Source: Octopus bimaculoides
Taxonomy: Eukaryota
Direction of reading: 5' to 3'
Assembly (NCBI RefSeq): GCF_001194135.2
Contig: NC_069000.1
Coordinates: 8,345,880-8,409,879, forward strand
Length of the DNA stretch: 64,000 bases
Shown here: piece by piece, positions 40,719-55,482 of the stretch
How the letters are laid out: each line of letters opens with the position of its first letter
Numbering within the stretch: position 1 is the stretch's first letter
Position numbers and translations under genes: made by a program
The notes under the pieces: generated by a model
The model's input: the letters and a program-made list of their open reading frames with translations, nothing else
Databases searched by the model: none
What the model was told of the DNA's origin: nothing

Positions 40719-43700
40719 ACACGTGCCATGTAACATTTGTAATCTAGGCATCATCACAAGAGGTAGAAGGCATTATAATATATTATGGTGGAAGTAAGAA
40801 GGCTTTCACACTAGCTGAAGCTGTGAGTTTGATTGATGGAGAAGACAGGAAATATTTGAAAATTGAAATGATTTTGAAGACAATGGTCAAAACTGGAAAT
40901 TTATGTGACATTAAATAAAAGTTACGTGTCAAACTTACCTCAAGTCCAAATTTGTAGAAAAAGTAATTAGCAAAATACTTGAGAACATCAATAATTCCTT
41001 TGTCAGCATCCTCCCTGGTTACATTACAGAAAATAATCCCTTCTTTCGGCCTTCTGTGTTCTGAGTGTTTGTAATGTTGATGTTGGTGGTAGCGAACAAT
41101 TGACTGGAATGCAATTATCAGCAGGATGGCCACATAGTTCTACAAGAAAAAAAAAACAAAGTGATAAAGATTTTTAAAATATCAGGCTTAAGAAATGACA
41201 GGCTTAAAATGTGGCCAAGCTTAAGAAGTACCTTACGTTATTCAATTAAAATATTTTTACATTCATAATTCAAATCTTACCAGAATCAACTTGGGGTGAC
41301 ATATATATATATATATATATATATGTTATAGATGTTGACAAAATTAGTACTGACAGTGACTTCGAAGTTTCAGTTAATGCTAAACCCAGACAATTTGATG
41401 ATGGCTTAGCTGGCCAAAACTTCGTTGTACTCTAAATTTATTGAGTAATCCTTCAATGTGATGTAAAATTGGTTTTATTATAAGACAAACAAACAAAGAT
41501 ATGATCAAACATACAAATATACATATATAGACAGACAGACATACAAGATAGGTTTCTTACATTTTCCATCTATCAAATCCACTCACAAGGCTTAGGCTAT
41601 CCCGGGGCTATAGAAATGATATTTGCCCAGGGCACTAGGCAGTAAGCTTCTCAAACACACAGCCATGCTTGCACCATATAATTCATATATGCACACACAC
41701 ACACACAAACAATAGAGATGATGACGATTACAATGACAGGAGAATACTTACCACTAAATAATTAGGTAAATAGTTGGAGTCCACTTTTTCAAGTCCAATC
41801 CAAATGTTGTTGTTAATTGTTTCATTGAAGGGGTAATCCATTTCATCGGTGCTATTGGACCATGTATCCTGAAAAAACAAATTTTGAGCAAATTAAAACC
41901 ATTTCACTTTTTAACTGTTCACTCTCTTTTTTCACTTGGGCTGAGTGACTGTCAGACACCTTAACCCTTTAGCATTCAGATTACTCTGTGAAATTTAAAG
42001 CTTATTTATTCATATTGTTTTGAATTTATCATTCAATATGTAGCTTGGAGATTTGGTGATGTGACTGTTTATTCGAAAATAAGAGGACCAACTCAGAGTA
42101 ACACTGAAAGCCACTGGAATTGAGACCATACCATTTTTTTAATCCCTGCTATATATATTAGAGCTGTCACTATTTCATTTGGGCCTTTCTATTGAAACTG
42201 CTTCCAACCACAACAAAAGAAGAACAACAAATTTACATTAATCGATCAAAGAATGTGCCAAAAGAATCATAGAATACTTACTGTGCAGTTGTTCTCCCAG
42301 TCAGTAACCCGAGCTACAGACATTTGGAAGGAAGTTTTAGCTAACAACACAAGAGCAGTATATATCTGTAGAATGTGTGAGAGCAGAAGTCGACATTTCA
42401 CTAACAGAAGAAACAGGGCCAAGATAATAACGTACACAGCACTAATAGCAGACACCTAGAAAATCAAATAAAACAATCGGGTATAAATTAATCAAGTAGA
42501 CAGGTGTGTTAAAGACAGTTTAAAAGCATTTTAGATTGATAAGACTAAATATAGTCAGGGGAATGGACAGGAACAGCGTCGCTTGTATGACAGTGATGCT
42601 CATTTACAACAATCATATTGTGTCAAGACAAGGGGACACACACACAAAATATGTGTGTATGTACATGCATACACATACATACATATATTACACACACACA
42701 CACCCACATATGCATACATACATGATGGGCTTCTTTCAATTTCTGCTAACCAGATCCACTTACAAGGCTTTGACCAGCTTGGGGCTATAGTAAAAAACAC
42801 TTGCCCATGGTGCCACACAGTGGGACTGAACCCAAGACTACATGGTTAGGAAGCAAGCCTCTCAACCATACAGCCATCATCATCACCACCATCATTTAAC
42901 GTCTGTTTTCCATGCTGGCATGGGTTGGATGGGTGCCTATTCTAAAAACTGGGAAATACATATTTATGAAACAGAATACAGCCACAATAGTTTGATATGC
43001 CTCCTAAGAGCTCCAGAAATATACTTACCTCTTTAGCAGCAACTACCATGATGGTAAAACCAACCACTTTGTATATATGTATTTCAGTCAATCTCCAGAG
43101 GTACTGTGAAACATAGTTCCAAGTATCATTTGCGCGTTTCCACAGTGATCGGCACCGTAACAGCAGTTCCTTCCTCCAGTCTGCAATCACCAAATATTTA
43201 AATGCAGTCAATAACAAAACAGATATATTATTAATAGACAATATATACTGACAATGACAACTGCTGATATTTATGTATGCCCTATAAGAATTAGCTTTTA
43301 TTATATCTCAGGAGGGTCATTGTGCTAATAATAAACACACATGCTTGTATTTCACTTCTTCATTATTTGTCATTTGCTTAACTATATAACCAATTAGCTA
43401 ATCGATTGTTTGGATAAGGAGTGGCTGTGTGATAAATAGCTTGCTTACGAACCACATGGTTCCAGGTTCAGTCCCACTGCGTGGCACCTTGGGCAAGTGT
43501 CTTCTACTATAGCCTCGAGCCGACCAAAACCTTGTGAGTGGATTTGGTAGACGGAAACTGAAAAGAAGCCCGTCATATATANNNNNNNNNNNNNNNNNNN
43601 NNNNNNNNNNNNNNNNNNNNNNNNNNNNNNNNNNNNNNNNNNNNNNNNNNNNNNNNNNNNNNNNNNNNNNNNNNNNNNNNNNNNNNNNNNNNNNNNNNNN

Positions 43701-44907
43701 NNNNNNNNNNNNNNNNNNNNNNAAAGAGACCGATAGAATAAGTACTAGGCTTACAAAGAATAAGTCCTGGGGTCGATTTGCTCGACTAAAGACGGTGCTC
43801 CAGCATGGCCACAGTCAAATGACTGAAACAAGTAAAAGAGTAAAAGAGTGAAAGAGTAATCAATCAATCAAGTTTGTCAGAGGAGGAGGCATGCCATTGA
43901 AGAGGTTGCGAATGGCAATGAACAGACTTTGGCAAGCATAACTGATTGACTGATTAATTATAGTTATTCCATCAATAGTGTTAGATGCCCCGGTGCCTTT
44001 GCAGATACTTCAGTTACGTCATTGGAACCTTATCTCTCCAACAAAGTTTAGGCTCCATGCCTGTATGTGAATCGAAGTGCCATAGAAAGTTGTACATCTC
44101 TCAACTCTCAAATTTTTTTAAGACCTGCTCCCCCAATACATCAGTTCCCAGACAAAATATGCATTACGTCACTAACGTTTCGGTCGTTTGCTAGGTTCAG
44201 CTTCAGTATCAGTCGAGGTTTGGTTGGTGACGTCAGTAGTGAGACCTTCTTCAGCTGTCATATCGATTCCTTCAAACTTTGGCATTTCTCTTCTACAAGA
44301 AAAAGGTTTATTATTACACCATTGTTATTTCTCATCATCTAATATTAAAAACAGGTATATAAATTATCTATTTACAGGTACACTAACATAAACTAGTATT
44401 TATTCCATGAAAATAAATAACAGCTAACACAGTACAACTGGCAGTTACTGGGCTTCATTTTTGTTTTTTTCTTTTTTATAATCTCAAGAATATTCAAAAA
44501 CATTACAGTTATTAACCCTTTAGCATTGAGATTAATTTAACGAACATTAATGCTTATTCATCGACATTTTAAAAAATCAATCATAGCTTATCTTGTGGCT
44601 TCAAGATTTCGAAAATGCAACTGTTTATTTTAAGAATGACAGTGTAGGGTAGGTGTGAAAGGCTGGATCTGACCAGTTTAAACATAAAATAGGTAGAATT
44701 TTTGAGCTGGATATGGCTGGTTTAAATGCCAAAGAGTTAAGAACTGGAGAGCAAGGAGAACAGATTGAAAATAATAACAAAATAAAAATGAAAATAAACA
44801 CTGAAGAAGAGAATTACATCTTAACTCTTTAACTATGTGAAATTGACTATCCCCTTCCCTCCAAAATTTCAGGTCTTGTACCTATAGTAGAAGGGATTAT
44901 TATTATT

Positions 44908-44940
<33 letters not shown>

Positions 44941-45933
44941 GCAGTGAGCTGGACAAAATGCTTAAGCAGCATTTCATCTCTCTTTAGATTCTGAGTTCAA
45001 ATTCTGCCAATGACAAATTTACCTTTCATTCTTCTGAAGGAAATGGGGTTCAATGAAATAAGTACTGGTTGAGCACTAGAGCTGATGTAATCAACTAGTC
45101 CCCTCTCCCAAAATTTCAGGCCATTTGCTTATAGTATAAAGAATTATTATTATTATTATTATTTGTAAATTCATTCACAAACCAAAGCTTTAGGATTACT
45201 AGGTTTTTCTTTTAACAATGGTGTAGAGTTCCAGACCCAAAGGTCCTTTAAGCACTGAATCCTATCAGATGACTATATGAACAAGAAACCTCTCAGTACA
45301 AAACTATTAAACCAACTGACAACCATCAAACACAAATTCACATCTACTGAAAATCCTATGACAATAGTATCAAGCAGCCTTCTTGTAACTCACAGGTATC
45401 TGTCCAGACATGAGAGATTCATGAAAGGTTGGTGAAAATAATGTACTTGGATAATAATGACAATCAGGAAGCTGGTAGGAGTTAGTAATTTTTCAAACAG
45501 TCCTTGGACATCATACTGTTGCAGACCAAGGTCTTCTAACCTAGAAACGAAGATAAAATTCATAGACGAGTTACAAGACATTCAAATTGATGATTTTTCA
45601 CATGAAACAGAGATAGATTTTATAAGCATATATACAAACTTTTATATAGATCTTATATGCATATATACAAACTTTTATATAGATCTTATATGCATATATA
45701 CAAACTTTTATATAGCTCTTATATGCATATATACAAACTTTTATATAGCTCTTATATGCATATATACAAACTTTTATATAGCTCTTATATGCATATATAC
45801 AAACTTCTATACAAACAAACAATATTCACCAAGATCTTTCATAAAAGTTAAATTATAATTACTGTATGTATACCATATTCTTGATGTTATCCCATGATGG
45901 CAAAGGTATACTTCCAAAGTTATATGATGAGTG

Positions 45934-45970
<37 letters not shown>

Positions 45971-46135
45971 TCTTTTATTNNNNNNNNNNNNNNNNNNNNN
46001 NNNNNNNNNNNNNNNNNNNNNNNNNNNNNNNNNNNNNNNNNNNNNNNNNNNNNNNNNNNNNNNNNNNNNNNNNNNNNNNNNNNNNNNNNNNNNNNNNNNN
46101 NNNNNNNNNNNNNNNNNNNNNNNNNNNNNNNNNNN

Positions 46136-46186
<51 letters not shown>

Positions 46187-47348
46187 ACACACATGCACAC
46201 ACACTTATCAAAATAAAGAAAATGATAAATAGAATTTTAGAGTGCTACTACCAATAAAACTCACACACTACATGACAATACTTACATTTCTTTTGAAAGG
46301 CCTGTTGAATTTCGCCAGTATTCTGGGAACTGACTGAACTGGTAGGTGTATATTATGCAGAGTATAGCCATTGAATAAATGATGACAACCCACCAGAAAA
46401 TATACATTGTCAGACGCCATATGGTGTAGGAGAGCTACAAGCATACCAATATCACAGAAGGTTAGAGACACACAGAAAAGGTTTCCAAACTTTGAAGGAG
46501 AGATATTGTAATTTCAATCAGCATGAAAAACCATTTTATTTTACTGAAATATGACAGGCAATTTTTAAACCAAGATAACCATTATTTAATCAAAGATACC
46601 CATAATTTTTAATCAAAGATTATCTGTTAATCCCACTGATGTCAATCAGGTGGTAGAATAACCATACTTTTGAGAAAAACTTTTTTTTTTATCTATTTTA
46701 TGTCTTACTAAATTTAGGATCATTAGGATTGTCCTTAGAATGTATGTAGGGGTCTCAGAATTTTTAGAAAATGAAATAGTGGATTCCACACCAAAATAAG
46801 TTTAGGAACCACTTGCCCTTGTGCATCTGCCACATAAAGCCTGCATGTGATTCCACTATACCTCTTGTACATCCAAAGCTTACACTGGGTTACCTACTGC
46901 ATTTTGAGGAGGAGGAGAAGTGAGCCTAGACTCCTACCTTTATACTAAATTCTTCATTAAACTAATCACTAATTCTTAATTTTGCACCTTTGTACAGCCC
47001 TCACAAGTCCTTCATCAACGCTTCATTTCCTCAGTAGCCATCACTTGACTACAGGTGAATATTCACAAATAAAACAAACACATTATATAACAAATATTTG
47101 AAAGTGTAAATTAATAAGCATTCTCAGAATGAAAATGTTGACTACTCATATTTTTAATATTCTTTCGTCATAAACAGAAATTTCACTCCTCAAACAATTT
47201 CACTTAATTTGTTTAATAAAAAAGATTAAATTCTGCTCACAGTTAAAATGAACGGAATGAATCTGAACGTGTGTTGCAAATTGAGTAAAACAAGTTAGAG
47301 ATGGATGCAAGGGAGCTAACTCTATATGACTTAAAGACAACACTCAAC

Positions 47349-47381
<33 letters not shown>

Positions 47382-49395
47382 CGCACAACTGTAAATACTA
47401 TCGATATGTTCGACTTATTTATGCCTTCATTTATTTATTTTTACTTTCCACCAATTCAATGGATACACACACAATGACTTTGTACATGATTTAACATTTT
47501 CTTTTCAATTAGGGAGAATGGAGAAGCAAATTCTAAAGCTGAACTCTACATTGCATGCCATCAGAAATGTCAAGAGAGAATATGTCCTTACCTGGAACAG
47601 AATAACAAAGTAGAGGAAGAAGATCAAATAGATGAGCCTGTAAGCTACTCTGTCTTGTATTGCGATTGTTAGCATCATTCCAGCACAGATGAATATCCAG
47701 TATTTGCTAAGCAGTGACCATATGTAACGTCCTGCATGAAAAGAAAAAACAAAAATAAATATATCAAGATATAATAAACTGAGCATAGCATGAAGTGGCC
47801 AGCTACATTTAGAATCAGTTAACTATCTACCTACCTATCTATATTTACAAATATCTACTTATCTATATTTACACTCTGCAGAGTGGTTGGTGTTAGGAAG
47901 GGCATCCAGCTGTAAAAAATCCTGCCAAAACAGTCACAGAAGTCTGGTGCAGGCTTCAGCCTGGCCGGCTCTTGTGAAACCGTCCCACTCATGCTAGCAT
48001 GGAAGGCGGTTGTTAAATGATGATGATGATACACACACACAAACAGAGAGAGAGAGCGGGGGGGAGAGATGCTGGTTATAAATGTGGTTGACCATTTCAT
48101 GCAGACAGGGATGAGAATAAGACTTGTAAAGACTGAGATAATGATCCTCTCAAGGAAATCTTCCCAATGCACTCTGCAAGTTAATGAAACATCATTGAGA
48201 CAAGTGGAGAGGTTTAAGTATTTTGTTGTCAAATTCACAAACGATGGGAGGCAGTAGGCTGAACCGGATTGTAATTTAGGTAAAACAAAATCCTTATAAG
48301 ATGCAAAGTTGATATATTTTAAAAAGTAATGGGTAAGATAAAATGTGTAAGCTTACATACCAATATGTTTAATAGTACTCCCATCATAACCATCAACAAA
48401 TTCTGAATCCATTGGAGAATCTAAAAGAGAGGACCCATAACGAAGAAAACAGTTCATTAGTAAGAAGAAAATCAGTTATATCATTTTGTAAACAGATATT
48501 GTATTGAAGGACATGAACTAGTATAGTTATTTAATATATGGAATAGAACAGAATATTTATTTAGCATATGGAGTAGAATAATTACAATTCATTACAACTG
48601 ATTGGTTAAATTATATATTTATCCAAATTATTATTACTGTGTCTAGAAACTGAAGTCAATGACATCATCTACTAATGTATTATCAGAAGCCAGAGGGATG
48701 AAAGAGAGGATTCATCTGAGAAAAATATTGAATTCAGATTAAAGGATGTTCAGTTTAACATTTTAATGTTTAGCAAACAGTCATGTTGATTAAGAAGAGA
48801 AATTCACATTCTGAAAAACAGGACATGTTGTTGCCTTAAACCATGACAAACTAAGACTGCAACTAATTAATCAACGCCAGACTGTGCAACTCTTCTCCAA
48901 AGCAGCAAAAATATGGCCAACTAATTCAATATATTCTTTTACATTCGAAGGAAACTTCCTAAAGCATTTAGGATATGAATAAAAGGGTTCTAGCTATGAA
49001 TTAGAATCTGGATAAATTTTCTTATTTAACTTTGCAAACATAAATCATATTTTTTCCTCTAGCTATTGAAATAAGGGGAGAATGAAATTAGGGTAGGATT
49101 AAAAATCAAGTGTTCGATAATAAAATCATGGATATTAATTTGAGACATTTGATAAATAAATGAGTTATTTTCAAAAGATACATTGACTGGCAAAAAAAAA
49201 AAAAAAAAAAAAAATCAACAGAATAACATGCAAGAAGAAAACAATACAAATAATACATTTACACAGATATGAGTATGTGTGTGTGTATATATGTATGTGT
49301 GTATACATATATATATATATGTATATATATATACCAATGAATGAATCTATATATATATATATATACATATATATATGAATGAATGAATGAATGAA

Positions 49396-49445
<50 letters not shown>

Positions 49446-49863
49446 TATATATAAATATATATATGTATATATAGTTGGAATTTACAATAAAAATTAAAAA
49501 AACGCAAAGACGGGTGTGTAAACAGCAAACAGATGTATTAGTTTAACGCTCGGGAAGTGAGAAAGGTTTTTATGTTTCAAGCCTACGCTCTTCAACAGAA
49601 AGGAACACAGAAATGAGCAGATAGAGAAAATAAAAAAGGTTTGGTGGCTAGTGATGAATCATGGCGAATGCCAGACAGGAGAGTTAAGAAGAAGGGAAGA
49701 TAATAAAAAAAAAGTAGTGGAGATCCCAAAATGAAAGTGCGCATGTGTGTGTATGTGAGAGTGTGTATGTCCGTGTGGATAGGGGCTGGTGACTTTGACG
49801 TGTGTGTGTGTGCGCATGTCTAGGTGTGTGGATGATGGTATGGGTGCTGGAAAGTGATCAGTG

Positions 49864-49907
<44 letters not shown>

Positions 49908-49998
49908 GTGTATATATGTGTATATATGTGTGTATGTATGTGTGTGTATATATCTATATACACATGTGCATATGCGTATGTGTGTTTGTGTGTGCATA

Positions 49999-50038
<40 letters not shown>

Positions 50039-51027
50039 TGCATGTGTATATATATATGTGTGTGTGCATGTGGATTAGGCAAAAAGAAGCATAATTCGAT
50101 GACAAATAGGCAAAAAAATTAGGGGATTCCAACAAGGATATTGATGAAATAAGAAAGAATCAGTGAAGTGAGTGGAGGCAGTCGATTAATCAGCAAACTC
50201 AGCATGTATTTGATATAAACAATTTATAAAATCATGCAGCTTCGTTAGAAAGGCAGTTGATTGCAATAGCCAACTTATGACGGATATTCTGCTCAAAGAT
50301 CCCAACTGAAATAGTTTCTATCACAAAAAGAGTTTAGAATAGAAGATGTTAATAGAGGGGGAAAACAATTAGCATAGATACTCTTGACAAACAGCAAGTG
50401 AGCTTTTCTGTAACCAAAGCTGCAAAGAATATGTGAACTGGAATAAATACTGCCAATGGTTAGCACAAAATTATTTTCAGCCAAAAAGAATAAAAACTTG
50501 CAATGAATGTTTATTGGATATTTTGAAATTGGTAAATGAAGGAATGAAGTAAAAATTCAAGTAAATTAGATTCAGGAATTCGTCTACAGTTGTTGTCAGT
50601 TTAATATGAGCAGATCTCTAAAATATCACACAAGTTTATAGCAAAAATAAAACACACAGCATAAAAAAAAAACCTCAGTGAAAGCTGTAGGTTATATATT
50701 GGGGAATAAAGTTGGAATGAATCTATGAAATGAATCCAATGAAATGACTATTTTCTCCAAAATATTGGGAGTATTTTGATAAATAAGTAGGTACTAACTA
50801 CTGATAGCAGTTTATATATATATATACATACACAGTAGTACCTCAGTTTTTAAACAACTCTGATCGCAAATAAATCGTGCTTCATGTAGATAGATAGATA
50901 GATAGATAGATAGAGCATGATTTATTCGTGACCAGAGGCATTCATAAACCAAGGTACTACTGTATTAAATGAATATGAGAAAGACAGAAGAGAGTATGAT
51001 TCAGAAACTGAGCTTCTACTGTGTATG

Positions 51028-51062
<35 letters not shown>

Positions 51063-51511
51063 ACAATTAAAAGGGTAAAGGATTATCAATTTATTAATAA
51101 ATTAATAATTAATCATCTTTACCAAGCCCTTCGGTATGTAAGCACCATTATCAGTGTGGAACTTATTTAAAAGTTCTTATACATTTATAAACAAAATTAA
51201 GGGGTCAGCAACAGGTTGCTTCACCACATACCGAAGTTCAAAAATAGCAGCTAAAAATGCTGAAACTCCAACAGATAGCAGTTACCCGCAACTCACATAG
51301 GCAAAACAAGAAGAAAAATAACGAACTAAACTATGGCTAGTTTAGTTCGTTATTTTTCTTCTTGTTTTGCTTATGTGAGTTGCGGGTAACTGATATCTGT
51401 TGGAGTTTCAGCATTTTTAGCTGCTATTTTTGAACTTCGGTATGTGGTGAAGCAACCTGTTGCTGACCCCTTAATTTTGTTTATATATATATACATACAT
51501 ATATGTATATG

Positions 51512-51571
<60 letters not shown>

Positions 51572-52355
51572 CAATAAAATACCTATTGAATAATAATTTC
51601 TGTAATAGGTTTCAATACTTAAACAAGATTTAATGTGTGTACATATATGCACAAATGCTTCAATGTTTTCCTTATTTCTTTGACATTTTCTTTAAGGAAA
51701 GAACTGGTTTCTAAGAAACAAAGCTCTTTCATTGACTGTAGAAAAAAACCCCAACACAAAAGAGACACATCTTGAATACTGGAAAAGACTCACTTTCATT
51801 CTTCCACTTACAGACTGAATGTGCAGTATACAGGTTGGTCGATCCCTTTCTTTACTTCAAAACCTTAGCTGTCCCAGATTATTAACATTTAGTAACATAA
51901 ACTAGTGCACCAATGTTCATTGGTATAAATGTAAATTCATAATCGAGATAGAGAAGTAATAAGTTTTGAAGCAGTTGACAATAAATGTTGTCTTTATTAC
52001 CAAACTTGAATGAAATCTCCACTTTGCACATCATCTGAGCAACTAACCTTTACAACAGTTCATAGATTTGGGTATTTTTTATTTTTTGTGTGTTCTGTCC
52101 TAAACAACAGTGTCAGACCTGATATGTTTGTATTTAGCAGAATATTTTATGGAAATATTCCTTATGTGTTAATGAATGAATTTAAGCAAAATCAGAAACA
52201 CCTTTTATATTTATTTTGGGCATTCTTTCATAGAGATGGTACTGAATAGGAATGTCATATCTTGAAGAAATGCTTGAGTACCTCTTCGTCCACAGATATA
52301 ACATTATCAATGCCATCGACATTTTTGGACATATCTTGCAAGTTTAGCAGCTTCG

Positions 52356-52444
<89 letters not shown>

Positions 52445-52498
52445 CTTTGAAAATGAGTGTGTAAGTAAGGCTATATGACAGTGTACATAATATGAGTG

Positions 52499-52548
<50 letters not shown>

Positions 52549-54561
52549 ATGTGAGGCTTACCGGTAAAAGCTAGTATATGGTTGCTTAATAGGGGTGGAA
52601 TGTTCTTTTCATTTCTCTGAAGATAGGAATAATAATTTTTTTGATAGAGAGAATTCGTTAAAAAGATCATAGAACCATGGGATTCTTATCCTAAAAAAGA
52701 ACTGGAGAAATGAAGAGAACATTCCAGTCATATGAAGCAACTGTATACCTATGTTTGCCCACTGCAGTATAGATATGTGTGTATATATTTGCATGTCAGT
52801 GAATCTATGTTGTAGGTACGTGGTTACATATCAGCCTATCTGGCAGTATTTGTGTATATTTATCTGCCTGCATAAATACAGAGTCCACCAAAAACATGTA
52901 TGCATACTCCAGGAAAGGAAAAATCTGTATAAATATTTAACTTGTATAAGTACCCCTATAAATATAAATGCCTATTTCAATGTTTTATCAAATTGTAACA
53001 AGACAGAATAAATTGCAATGACACTGAATTAAAATATTTACACAAATTTTTCCTTTCCTGAAGTGTGTAGACATTTTTTTGATGAACTCTGTAACGTAGG
53101 TATGCGAGAGTATATATATGCACTCGCCTTCCATTTATCATCCCCTAAAAACAACCAGTGTTTCACTAAATAATCCTCACCTCTTCCACCTAATTACATA
53201 ACTTACCTTGGGCCAGGGCAATAAATATGTCAATAATGGTTGGAACACGAACAGACAACTTGGAATTTTCTATGGCTTAGGAATGAGAAGAAATAGTTGG
53301 TATGTCAAGCAAAACAACCAAAAATTATTATATGCTAAGAAGTTTAGAATTTTAAAAAAAAGGGGTCTGAATTTTTAGTTCAAAGCTTTAAAATGACCAT
53401 ACAAACACTTTCAGATTAAAGATTCAATACCCACTTAAAATATATCACACACACACACACACACAGCAATAGAATGGAAAGGCTAAAGAAATTTCAATAG
53501 CTGTTTTTTGTAAAATGTTGATACAGTATTTTAACACAGTCTGTATGAATTCTTCTCAAATTCTAGGCATGTCAGGATAAGAAAAAAAATCAAAACTAAT
53601 CATAGACTTTTGTCAATAATTAGCACAGATCAGATTTAACTTCGTCTAAAAAGAACTTGTTCAAAACATAAAATCAAATGGAAACAGGATTTTCAAACAT
53701 TTTGTTTTTTACTATATACAAAATTTTGATTAGAAGTCGTAACCTAGTCTTTTTCTTTGATCTAATAACACCAAAGAGAGAGACCAAGATTGTGCCAGTC
53801 GCTTCCTAAGATGGAATTACTATTCTTTGACGTCATCCTTTCTCCTACATTAGAGTCTCTATGTCTTCCATCACCAGTTCCACCAGATTTTGGAGATAGA
53901 AAGGTCTGTTTTTTTTTCAATAATAATTGGCCAATAATATGCCACAAAGGAAGCCAAATATTGAACTTTCAATGACACTCATACCAGTGGTGGTAGAACA
54001 GAATGTAAAAGAGAGTTGATCAGAGTAACACTGAATGATAACAGGCAGGAATCACAACATCACAAGTTCAAACTCTACTAGTCACTCTCTATTAAACAGA
54101 GGAACAATTGTAACTGTTACGGCTAAGGGTTATCATTCCTTTCCTTGATTTCTACATGGAAAGAGAGGATGCACTCTTCATGTGAAGAACTCCAGAAGTT
54201 GAGGTCAACTTAATCCTAAGAAGAAATTAAAACAACTTCAATTGCCAAACACTTGGGACAAAGGGGAAAAAGAAAGCTAATGTCATTGGTAACAGTTAAT
54301 AAGAGTAGATATTTCTCAATTTCATTTCGCCTTTGTGGGCTAAGAATGAAGCAGACTTCAGAGGAATTAATGGACCTCTCAGATTAATGGCAGGCAGGGC
54401 CAAGAGTCATTTGTTAAGCCAAAATCTTTCATCAATTATTTTTAAATGAACAATCTCGGTCATTATTGAACCACAACTTGTCAATATAGGTCAGTGACAA
54501 GTTATAAGTATAAAACCAATACCAAATAAATAGTCATGTGAGACAGAGTGTGTGTGTGTGT

Positions 54562-54593
<32 letters not shown>

Positions 54594-55438
54594 CGTCGTC
54601 ATCCATCGGTCTTGAGAGGCCATGGATCTGCGCCCAAAGAAATCGTGTCAGTCATATATATACATATATATAGTTTCAGTCACACATTCAATTTCACTCA
54701 GCTTTACATGATACATATTTTGTTATTGAAATTTAAGCCATCTGTATCTTCCCATCTTTCACACACACACACAAACCAACACACACAACTGACGTAATTT
54801 TTCTACTTTTACTTAGTCATCAAACATTATTCAAAACTCAAAGCTGGGAATACAACACGACAGTAGACTATTTTATGTATGGCAGTCACATATACACCTA
54901 TCTATAATACATAGAGATCATTTAGCAAAATTTATAGATAAATCAATATATTTCTATCAGAATGAGTTAGTAAGGAACAGTTAATAAGAATGAAATACTA
55001 CATTAGCACCAAGATTTACCCAACTAAACATTGAACAAAACAAAAGAAAAGACAGCATAATCTATATACTAAAGTATAAATATTTTGAAATTAATGAAAT
55101 TAATTAACACCTTAGCTTTCAGATTATTCTATCAAATGTAATGCTTATTTACTTATATCATTTTGAATTAATTAGGTATTATCTCATAGCTTTCGGTGAT
55201 ATGAGCTATTTATTTTTAAAATGACAGTGTAGGGTCAGTGTGAGAGGCCAGATCTAGCCAGTTTGAACATAAGACAACCAGAATATATGGCTGGTTTTAA
55301 CACTAACAGGTTAATTATGTGGTTGGTAACTAAAGGTCATATATTTGTAAATTGTCAGCTTTTGAAAGAAGTGTCAAAGTCCAACAAAGAAGTCCTGAAT
55401 ATTTAAACATTCAGTAACTTTAGATGGATTGGTTCATG

Positions 55439-55482
<44 letters not shown>

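Noticed and set aside
41741-42281. Consecutive introns start with the identical 11-mer gtaagtattct
   Set aside because: This is mostly the donor consensus plus AT-rich sequence; similar starts occur at other introns, so chance is sufficient.
49659-50135. His/Thr/Ile/Tyr/Cys/Val-rich ORFs here and in other (TA)/(CA) tracts
   Set aside because: These are translations of dinucleotide microsatellites.
52282-52334. Coding-looking [18 protein letters not shown] with ag/gt ends
   Set aside because: It is phase 1 to 0 with no compensating exon found, and both the acceptor and the gtactc donor are weak.
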